A stretch of 64,000 nt of DNA. It comes from an uncultured Alphaproteobacteria bacterium. GTDB taxonomy: Bacteria > Pseudomonadota > Alphaproteobacteria > Rs-D84. The translations under genes and the position numbers were made by a program. Positions 19,692 to 27,617 of the stretch are shown here, piece by piece (the first letter of the stretch is position 1; the number at the start of each line of letters is the position of its first letter). Where the stretch lies: NCBI GenBank assembly GCA_949156565.1, contig CASCZI010000004.1:65110-129109 (forward strand). The letters are read 5' to 3'. Below the pieces are notes generated by a model, which did not search any database, was not told where the DNA came from, and worked only from the letters and a program-made list of their open reading frames with translations.

Positions 19692-20387
19692 ATGTGGATG
19701 CGCGCGGGCGCCCTGCTCTTGTCCCTTGCGTTAACGGCGTGTATTGGGCATGCGCCCATGGGTGATGCGTATATAGGCGCGCGTTATATGGCCGATCCAT
19801 TGGGCGAAGATGCCGGGTACGATCCGGATCCATTGATACGATTTGATGCGTTTGATTGCACAACATTTGTGGAAACGGTTTTTGCCCATGGGGATATTAA
19901 AAAATTAAATAAAATTCGTTATGCCAATGGTGTTGTGGATTTCGTTCATCGCAATCACTTTATCGAAACGGATTGGATAAAAAATAATGCCGCCTATGTT
20001 GAAAATATCAGTGCCCGCGTCGCACCAACCGCCCGGCGGCGTGTAACGATTGACCGGGGTGCATGGATGCGGAAAGTGCATGGCATGGATGATGCAAACC
20101 CGGCGAAAACGGTGGATTTAGAATACGTGCCCCATGCCAACATTCCCGCCGGTATGCGTCCACGTCGGCCATTGGTTGTTCTGTTTATCCATGATGGGGT
20201 GGGCATGCGTGAAAAAATCGGCACAGATTTGGCCATTACCCATATGGGTTTTTTGATGCCCGACGGTATGTTGCGTCATGCATCATCACGTGCCGGATAT
20301 GTTTTGGATGAAAATTTTGATGATTATGTTGCGATGCGAAAAAAATCGCGCCATAATTTGGGTGTAATGTTATTGGAAATAAAATGA
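19692..20387 (+). CDS. lipoprotein, DUF1460/amidase-like cysteine hydrolase family (putative)
   Basis: Has a lipobox LALTAC and the motif FDCTTFVETVFA. Confidence 0.55.
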   Translation: MWMRAGALLLSLALTACIGHAPMGDAYIGARYMADPLGEDAGYDPDPLIRFDAFDCTTFVETVFAHGDIKKLNKIRYANGVVDFVHRNHFIETDWIKNNAAYVENISARVAPTARRRVTIDRGAWMRKVHGMDDANPAKTVDLEYVPHANIPAGMRPRRPLVVLFIHDGVGMREKIGTDLAITHMGFLMPDGMLRHASSRAGYVLDENFDDYVAMRKKSRHNLGVMLLEIK

Positions 20388-21508
20388 GTGACGAAAAATT
20401 AATTCATTTGGATATGGGTACCCACACCAATGGGTCGGCAGACAAAGGTCGATCGACGGTGTGCCTGGGGATTGAATCATCGTGCGATGAAACGTCGGCC
20501 GCCATTGTGGATTCAAGCCGTAATATCTTGGGGCATATTATCTATTCTCAAATCCCAGAACATCAGAAATACGGCGGTGTGGTCCCAGAATTGGCGGCGC
20601 GGGCGCATATTTTGGCCATTGATCGGGTGGTTGATGAAACGTTACGACGGGCGAATATGACGATTGATGATATTGATGTGATTGCCGCGACGGCTGGACC
20701 GGGCCTTATTGGGGGCGTTTTGGTTGGTTGGATGGCCGCCACCGGTATTGCCCAGGCGACAGCAAAACCGCTTGTGGCGGTGAATCATCTCGAAGGACAT
20801 GCCTTGGTCCCGCGATTAATGTCAACGTCGGCATCCGATGCGGCACAACATGTCATGGTGGAATTTCCCTATTTATTAATGTTGGCGTCCGGTGGCCATT
20901 GCCAGATTTTATTGGTCCGCGGCGTTGGTCAATACGAATTAATCGGCCAAACATTGGATGACAGCGCGGGCGAAGCATTTGATAAAGTGTCAAAAATGCT
21001 GGGGCTGGGGTATCCGGGTGGGCCGGTTGTCGATGCCCGTGCCAAGAATGGTAATCCGGACGCGTTTAAATTTCCCCGTCCATTGTGTGACAAATCGGGA
21101 TGTGATTTTTCATTTAGTGGGATTAAAACCGCCGCACGTATGTTTTTAGATAAAAATCCCGCCCCCCACAGTGATGCTTTTATCAACGATTTCTGTGCAT
21201 CGTTTCAGGCATCTGTTGTCGATTGTATCACCAATCGGTTGACGCATGCGATGGATGATTCACGTGTGCGGGCGGCAATGCCACGGATATTGGTTGTGGC
21301 GGGCGGCGTTGCCAAAAACAGTGCCATACGCACCGCCATGGAACGATTGGCCGCGGCACGAAATATGACGTTTGCCGCTCCGCCAATGAATTTATGCACC
21401 GATAATGGGGCCATGATTGCATGGGCGGGATTGGAAAATTACGCCGCGGGCCGCGTTGTTACCACGCCGGTTGCGCCCCGCCCCCGTTGGCCATTAACAG
21501 AATTATAG
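20384..21508 (+). CDS. tsaD: tRNA N6-adenosine threonylcarbamoyltransferase
   Basis: Contains the VCLGIESSCDETS Kae1/TsaD signature and the metal-binding HLEGH motif. Confidence 0.9.
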   Translation: MSDEKLIHLDMGTHTNGSADKGRSTVCLGIESSCDETSAAIVDSSRNILGHIIYSQIPEHQKYGGVVPELAARAHILAIDRVVDETLRRANMTIDDIDVIAATAGPGLIGGVLVGWMAATGIAQATAKPLVAVNHLEGHALVPRLMSTSASDAAQHVMVEFPYLLMLASGGHCQILLVRGVGQYELIGQTLDDSAGEAFDKVSKMLGLGYPGGPVVDARAKNGNPDAFKFPRPLCDKSGCDFSFSGIKTAARMFLDKNPAPHSDAFINDFCASFQASVVDCITNRLTHAMDDSRVRAAMPRILVVAGGVAKNSAIRTAMERLAAARNMTFAAPPMNLCTDNGAMIAWAGLENYAAGRVVTTPVAPRPRWPLTEL

Positions 21509-21515
21509 GAAATGT

Positions 21516-22103
21516 GTGGTTGATATGACAGAAATTTTTAATCCGTTACCATCGCAAAAAGAAGCCGCCTTTGTCGAAGGTACACGTTTATTAAAACGCC
21601 AAATTTCTAAAATTTCATATCATCGCGTCATGTCGTTTGATGCCACAGAATACTTGGCACGTATTCGCATGGCATTTCGCAACGATGATATACGGACGCG
21701 CTTTTTTAATCGTGGTGCAAAAGAAACCCATGACATGCACCATTGGTCCGAAGGATTTTGCCAGGTTGCAAGTTATATTTGGTATCATGTGGATAGATTG
21801 CCAGATGGTCGCCCCGCATGGCGATTAAAACGGTTTGATAATTCCATTCGCGATAAAACAATTGACCCGGTTTATACGGGTGTTCATATGTGGCTGGAAA
21901 GTTGTCTTGATGGGTGGGGGAATGGCGAAATTTTGGATCTGACATTTGATCAATATGTTGATGAAATGCATCATCATGTGACAATCCCATATCACACCGG
22001 GATCATTGTTTCTGGGGATGGATATTGGGACAAGGCCGTGGAATTTGCCAATGCCATAGATATTGATTTAAAGAAAATTATTGATATTAACATGGGGCGA
22101 TAA
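21516..22103 (+). CDS. hypothetical protein, transglutaminase-like Cys/His/Asp pattern (paralog A)
   Basis: Carries the motifs GFCQVAS, HMWLE...GWGNGEILDLTFDQY and TIPYHTG. It is a paralog of the product of 22661-23125. Confidence 0.5.
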   Translation: MVDMTEIFNPLPSQKEAAFVEGTRLLKRQISKISYHRVMSFDATEYLARIRMAFRNDDIRTRFFNRGAKETHDMHHWSEGFCQVASYIWYHVDRLPDGRPAWRLKRFDNSIRDKTIDPVYTGVHMWLESCLDGWGNGEILDLTFDQYVDEMHHHVTIPYHTGIIVSGDGYWDKAVEFANAIDIDLKKIIDINMGR

Positions 22104-22110
22104 AAAACAG

Positions 22111-22653
22111 ATGGGTTTTAAAAATATACGAAAACAAAAATTAACCAAATTATTTTCCGGTGTTCCCGGTAATCGATTGGCCACACCACGTTTATTGAAT
22201 TGGTTGGATGCCAATGGTTTTTATACCCAGGTGGCATCAACCGGACATCATGGGGATTACCCGGGCGGCCTGTTTGACCACAGTTGGGATGTCACCCATA
22301 AGTTATTAGAAATGACCCATAAATTAAATCTGGTGTGGGAAAAACCAGACAGTCCGTATATCGTTGGAATGTTTCATGACGTGTGTAAAATTGATGAATA
22401 TGAAATAGAAATGGTTAATGGTCAATCAACCGTGATTAAAACCGAAAAATGCGGGGATGAACACGGCGCAAAATCGGTTAGATATTTATCCGAACTGATT
22501 CCATTGACCAACGAAGAAATTCTTTGTATTCGTTATCATATGGGCCCGTATATACGCCCAGATTGGGTTGGATATGATAATGCCATAAAACAATATGAAA
22601 ACGTCCTGTGGACCCATACCGCCGATATGTATGCAAGTCGCCTGATGCGATAG
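22111..22653 (+). CDS. HD-domain phosphohydrolase (small, about 180 aa)
   Basis: HD motifs STGHHGDYPGGLFDHS and MFHDVCK are present. Confidence 0.65.
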   Translation: MGFKNIRKQKLTKLFSGVPGNRLATPRLLNWLDANGFYTQVASTGHHGDYPGGLFDHSWDVTHKLLEMTHKLNLVWEKPDSPYIVGMFHDVCKIDEYEIEMVNGQSTVIKTEKCGDEHGAKSVRYLSELIPLTNEEILCIRYHMGPYIRPDWVGYDNAIKQYENVLWTHTADMYASRLMR

Positions 22654-22660
22654 AGAGATT

Positions 22661-23125
22661 ATGATTGATCATAAAAAATATTTTGATGCCGCGACATCCA
22701 AAATCTTGGATCAGGTTGATCGTTTGAATGGAACCTTAGATGCAATCCGTTATCGGCATGATATGATTATTTCATTACGCGACAGTATGATGGACCCGCA
22801 TATTCGCAGAAAAATGGTGCCGACGTTTCATCAAATGAATTTTTATCCGTCGCGCGGATTCTGTGAGATTGCAAGTCTTCTATGGCTTTATCATATGGGG
22901 GGCGCGTGGGATCTGATGCAAATACGCGGCACAGATTGGTCACACGGTCCACATTTTTATACGCGTCATCGTATATCGGGTCAGATCATAGACATAACCG
23001 TCGATCAATATTCGGTACGTCATATGACGGTCCCCTATCATTTGGGACAATGTGTTGAAATCGACCGCCGCCGTAAAAAATTATTGGATATGTATTTGGA
23101 ATGTCTTCATCTACAGAACAAATAA
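22661..23125 (+). CDS. hypothetical protein, transglutaminase-like pattern (paralog B)
   Basis: Carries GFCEIAS, H..H...IIDITVDQY and TVPYHLG, which align with paralog A. Confidence 0.5.
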   Translation: MIDHKKYFDAATSKILDQVDRLNGTLDAIRYRHDMIISLRDSMMDPHIRRKMVPTFHQMNFYPSRGFCEIASLLWLYHMGGAWDLMQIRGTDWSHGPHFYTRHRISGQIIDITVDQYSVRHMTVPYHLGQCVEIDRRRKKLLDMYLECLHLQNK

Positions 23126-23140
23126 TTGATAACTGATGAC

Positions 23141-24136
23141 CTATCGGCGATTCTCTTGGATATTCATATGGCCCATTGGATTGGTCAAGTTATTGACATT
23201 TATACCAATGGCTTTGGTGGCATCGGAAAATTTTTCAGAACGGACAATTTGCTGATACAGCTTATCAATTTCTAAGATAAATTCCGATATCATTTTTATA
23301 CGAATTGCGACCGCCACTTGGGGATTCTTTAGAAATTCCATGGCTGTCCATTTAAAGTTTTGTAATTTATTACGCATGTTTTCGACAAATTTATTTGATT
23401 CAATAATCACAGGGGTTGCCCGCCTTAATGCAAGGTATTCATGGCGTAATCTGTTTATGTCCAACCAACCTAATTTTGCAAAATCACGTTCAAACATATA
23501 ATGTGCATTTTCATATTTTGCGTCTGCGAAATCGATAAATGATACACGTCGGTTCACACTGTCATAAAAAATATTATTTTCATTCATGTCACCGTGTGAA
23601 AATACAAAATCAGCGTCATTTTCAGATGCCGCATCAAACCAAGTTCGTGCCATCTGAATAATTTTTATTTCATTGGGATTTAGATAGCGTTTCATTTGAT
23701 CTAAAACTGTATTAAATGAAACAGTGTTTATAGCCCCCGTATGAATATCAATATCAAATCCATCACGTTGCTTTATTATCGGGCGCATTTGATTCATGTC
23801 ATTTATAAAATGCGCCAATGCGTTATAAATAATATCCTGATCCTGGGGCGATAATGTTTCAAAGTACGATGTATTGATTGGATGACCATAAACGCGTGTT
23901 TCAATTGCAAATAATTTTTGGGTTGAAATTTCCCGCATTTGTGGAATGACATAGGCATTTGATTTAACATTTGCCAATTCATTCATTACGGTTTGGGCGT
24001 GTTTTTGTTTGGCAATCCACGCATTTGATGCAACCCCTGGGGCGGGCCGCTTAATCACAAGATCATCCGCATTATATACCAGTGTTTCACGTGGAACGTT
24101 TGTATTTATTTGTTGCAAATTGTCTGGATGGATCAT
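23141..24136 (-). CDS. aminoglycoside/choline-kinase-type phosphotransferase (APH family)
   Basis: Has the catalytic-loop motif HGDMNENNIFYD and the Mg-binding IDFADA motif. It is divergent from xseA. Confidence 0.65.
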   Translation of the reverse strand: MIHPDNLQQINTNVPRETLVYNADDLVIKRPAPGVASNAWIAKQKHAQTVMNELANVKSNAYVIPQMREISTQKLFAIETRVYGHPINTSYFETLSPQDQDIIYNALAHFINDMNQMRPIIKQRDGFDIDIHTGAINTVSFNTVLDQMKRYLNPNEIKIIQMARTWFDAASENDADFVFSHGDMNENNIFYDSVNRRVSFIDFADAKYENAHYMFERDFAKLGWLDINRLRHEYLALRRATPVIIESNKFVENMRNKLQNFKWTAMEFLKNPQVAVAIRIKMISEFILEIDKLYQQIVRSEKFSDATKAIGINVNNLTNPMGHMNIQENRR

Positions 24137-24172
24137 TATAATACCCTTTATAATAATTATAACAGAAAAACC

Positions 24173-25408
24173 ATGCAAAAACCAGAGCCATTTGTTCAAC
24201 CCGATACTGTTTTCAGTGTTTCTGACGCTGCCGCCCTGTTAAAGGGGGTGGTGGAAACCGCGTTTCCCCGCATTCGTGTGCGCGGTGAATTGTCACAAAT
24301 TACACGTGCATCTTCGGGCCATATTTATATGACCATCAAAGATGCCGGGGCGGCAATTTCCATGATTATATGGCGCGGCACGCCAATACCCTTTCGCCTG
24401 GACGATGGATTAGAGGTAATTGTCACCGGTCGTTTAACCACATACCCGGCACGCAGTAATTATCAGATTATCGCATCCGAAATTGAAATGGCCGGTGTGG
24501 GTGCGTTGTTAAAAATGCTGGAAGAACGCAAACAGAAATTGGCTGCCGAAGGGTTATTTGACGCGTCCCGGAAAAAGCCGTTACCCCATCTGCCGCGGCG
24601 GGTTGGCGTTGTAACCAGTCCAACCGGCGCCGCATTCCAAGATATTCAAAACCGATTGCGGGAACGGTTCCCGGTACACGTTATTTTGTATCCGGCCACG
24701 GTCCAGGGTGTCACCGCCGCGGTCGAAGTGGCGGCAGGCATCGAATATTTTAACCGTACAAAATGCGTTGATGTAATTATTGTGGCGCGTGGGGGTGGTT
24801 CACTGGAAGATTTGTTACCATTTTCCGAAGAAATCGTCGTGCGGGCCGCGGCGGCATCGGAAATTCCCCTGATATCGGGTGTGGGGCATGAACCGGATTG
24901 GATGCTGATTGATTTTGCGGCGGATTTTCGTGCGCCGACACCGACGGGTGCGGCCGAAACGGTTGTCCCGACAAAATTGGCATTAATCACAGAATTGGAT
25001 AATTTATGGCACCGGTTATCGGGACACTTTGCCACCCGTTTGACCGCCGCAACACAACGTTTGGCTGCCATTACGATAAAGAATCCCCGTCAATTTGTCA
25101 TGGAACAAGCCCAGCGTCTGGATGACGTTGGTCGCACGATATCGGTATTGATTACATCGCGTATGAATGCCGCCCGTGCCCAGATGACAACCGTGTCCAC
25201 GTTCCAAAACATTCTTCATAACCGTATGGCGGCCCGGACCCAGGCGATTGCCCACATGGACCAGATGTTGAATTCATTAAGTTATAAAAGTGTTTTGGCC
25301 CGCGGATATGCCATTGTACGTGATGCCGATCAAAATATCATCAGTCGCGCCGACAATGCACCCCGCCCTGCCACATTGGAATTTGCCGACGGGATTGTTC
25401 GGATCTAA
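24173..25408 (+). CDS. xseA: exodeoxyribonuclease VII large subunit
   Basis: Has an OB-fold N-terminus (RIRVRGELSQITRASSGHIYMTIKD) and an ExoVII catalytic core. Confidence 0.9.
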   Translation: MQKPEPFVQPDTVFSVSDAAALLKGVVETAFPRIRVRGELSQITRASSGHIYMTIKDAGAAISMIIWRGTPIPFRLDDGLEVIVTGRLTTYPARSNYQIIASEIEMAGVGALLKMLEERKQKLAAEGLFDASRKKPLPHLPRRVGVVTSPTGAAFQDIQNRLRERFPVHVILYPATVQGVTAAVEVAAGIEYFNRTKCVDVIIVARGGGSLEDLLPFSEEIVVRAAAASEIPLISGVGHEPDWMLIDFAADFRAPTPTGAAETVVPTKLALITELDNLWHRLSGHFATRLTAATQRLAAITIKNPRQFVMEQAQRLDDVGRTISVLITSRMNAARAQMTTVSTFQNILHNRMAARTQAIAHMDQMLNSLSYKSVLARGYAIVRDADQNIISRADNAPRPATLEFADGIVRI

Positions 25409-25418
25409 AAATAGAAAA

Positions 25419-25441
25419 CGCCCAATGGGGCGTTTTTTTAT
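25419..25441. terminator. bidirectional terminator (xseA / recN)
   Basis: The hairpin acgcccaatggggcgt with flanking A and T runs. Confidence 0.7.
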
Positions 25442-25464
25442 TTTCAATAATCAATTTTTAGAGA

Positions 25465-27123
25465 TTATTGTTTAATTAATGTCTTGGCGGTCGCAATGGA
25501 TTCGGGTGTTATTTCGGCCCCACTGATAATTCGGGCAACCTCTTTGATCCGTTCATCATCAATAATTTCGCGCACCGTCGTGGTGGTGCGATCATTGCAT
25601 ACATGCTTTTCAATTTTATAATGTCGATCGGCATAACCGGCCACCTGGGCCGAATGGGTAATGACCAACGCCTGATGTCCGGCCGCCAATCGGTTCAGGC
25701 GTAATCCAACGGCACTGGCGGTGGCACCACTAATGCCGGTATCAACTTCGTCAAAAACAAATGTGCGGGCCGCGGCACCGTCCCCGGATAACACCACACG
25801 CATAGCCAACATTAATCGGGCCAATTCCCCACCGGATGCCGTTTTGTGTAATGGGGCAAATGGCGTCCCAGGGTTGGTGCGAATCATAAACATGATATCA
25901 TCGGCCCCATGACGGGACGGTGCCGCCGTTGTCATTTCCGCAGAAAAATCGGCCGATCCCAACTTTAAATCCGGTAATTGTTCCAATAATCGATCGCGCA
26001 TGGTGGTTTGTGCATCATTTCGGGCCGCGGTTAATTTTGCCGCCGCCACGTCAAAGGCCGCACGATATTGCGTAACGGCCGTGGTTAATTTTTTTAATTC
26101 CGAATCTGAATGATCAATAACATCCAATGCCGCCGACATCTCGGCCAGCTTTTGCGGCAATTCGTTCGGGGAAACACGATGCTTGCGTGCCGCCGCGCGA
26201 ATGGCAAAGAGTCGTTCTTCGATCGCATCCATATCATCCACATTCATTTCATCGGGACGTAATGTGCCGGCCACATCCGCCACCATTGCCGCCGCATCGT
26301 AAAGACGCCCGATCTGATCTGCAAAGGGGTTCGGATCCGATTTGATGCGTTCCAGAATATGGGCCACGGAAAAAATCTGGGCATCCAGGGTCGTCCCATT
26401 TGGGGCAATTGCCGCCGCCGCATCCGAAACAATGGCCGCATTTTTTTCGGCATTCATCATGGCGGCGCGCCGCGTGGCCAAATCTTCTTCTTCGCCGGGA
26501 ATGGGGTTTAATGCCCGTAATTCTGCGACGTTGTGTTCCAAAAATTCACGTTCCATCGCCGCCCGGGATAACATTTCTTTTAATTCCCCAAGGCGCACAT
26601 TGGCATCATGATAGGTATCATATGTCGTGGCCACATCACGCAACAATGCATCGTATCCATCAATTGTATGCGTTCCAAATTCATCCAATGTTTTTCGATG
26701 CGTCGTTGGATCCATCAATGAATGATTTTCAAATTGGCCATGAATTTCGACCAGGATGTCCCCCACCTGTTTCAATGTCTTGATCGATACAGGGGTATCG
26801 TTTATCCATGCGCGACTTTTGCCATCAATTGATAATGTTCGCCGCAGAATTAACAAATCATCATCCCATGCAATTCCCGCATCATTTAAAATTGTTTGAA
26901 TACCATTATCAATGCCGTCAAATTCGGCCACAACCGATGCCCCATCACACCCATGACGCACCAAACCGGCATCCGAACGCGCACCCAACGCCAACGCCAA
27001 CGCGTCCATCAAAATACTTTTCCCGGCCCCGGTTTCCCCCGTCAAGATGTTTAACCCACGCCCGAATTCCAGGGTTAATTTTTCGATTAATACGATATTT
27101 GAAATACAAAGTCTGGTTAACAT
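25465..27123 (-). CDS. recN: DNA repair protein RecN
   Basis: The N-terminus has Walker A GETGAGKS, followed by SMC-like coiled coils and a C-terminal signature region. Confidence 0.9.
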   Translation of the reverse strand: MLTRLCISNIVLIEKLTLEFGRGLNILTGETGAGKSILMDALALALGARSDAGLVRHGCDGASVVAEFDGIDNGIQTILNDAGIAWDDDLLILRRTLSIDGKSRAWINDTPVSIKTLKQVGDILVEIHGQFENHSLMDPTTHRKTLDEFGTHTIDGYDALLRDVATTYDTYHDANVRLGELKEMLSRAAMEREFLEHNVAELRALNPIPGEEEDLATRRAAMMNAEKNAAIVSDAAAAIAPNGTTLDAQIFSVAHILERIKSDPNPFADQIGRLYDAAAMVADVAGTLRPDEMNVDDMDAIEERLFAIRAAARKHRVSPNELPQKLAEMSAALDVIDHSDSELKKLTTAVTQYRAAFDVAAAKLTAARNDAQTTMRDRLLEQLPDLKLGSADFSAEMTTAAPSRHGADDIMFMIRTNPGTPFAPLHKTASGGELARLMLAMRVVLSGDGAAARTFVFDEVDTGISGATASAVGLRLNRLAAGHQALVITHSAQVAGYADRHYKIEKHVCNDRTTTTVREIIDDERIKEVARIISGAEITPESIATAKTLIKQ

Positions 27124-27155
27124 GGTCAAATTATATCCTGGGTCGGGGATTAATT

Positions 27156-27617
27156 TCAAGGTTTTTCATTCATCGCAACAATGTGATCCAATGTCCAATC
27201 ATGCATCCATAAAATATACCCATCAATGGTATAATCGGGATAAATTTCATGTAATAACGTGGCATATTCTCCCAACTGGGTGCGATAGTGATGACGCATT
27301 ATTTCGGGATCGGTATCGGTTTTATAATCAATAAAGACCACCCGACGTACGTCATCAAAGACACGCAGACGGTCGATGCGTCGACTGATAAACCGCCCAT
27401 TAATTCGGCCGGCGATGGGAACCTCGGTCCGGGCGATGGTATCAAACAGTGGTATTAACCGATGATCATGGCGAATATGTGCGATGTATTCAGGATTGCC
27501 CACATCCCCAGATGGTGTTCCCAATACTATTTTCCCCATATCGCGATGAACCCACGTTCCGGTGTTTGTGGCAAATGTGGCACGGCGGTCCGCATCGATA
27601 ATGTCATAAAGGCTCAT
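27156..27617 (-). CDS. addA: AddA C-terminal PD-(D/E)xK nuclease domain as a separate ORF
   Basis: Nuclease motifs GTWVHRDM, VVFIDYKTD and QLGEYATLL are present. Its ATG overlaps the stop of the helicase ORF (ATGA). Confidence 0.6.
   Translation of the reverse strand: MSLYDIIDADRRATFATNTGTWVHRDMGKIVLGTPSGDVGNPEYIAHIRHDHRLIPLFDTIARTEVPIAGRINGRFISRRIDRLRVFDDVRRVVFIDYKTDTDPEIMRHHYRTQLGEYATLLHEIYPDYTIDGYILWMHDWTLDHIVAMNEKP

Noticed and set aside
27124-27220. Searched for an alphaproteobacterial LexA SOS box (GTTC-N7-GTTC / GAAC-N7-GAAC) upstream of recN
   Set aside because: No such direct repeat is present in the 100 nt upstream of the recN start. SOS regulation cannot be claimed from this sequence.
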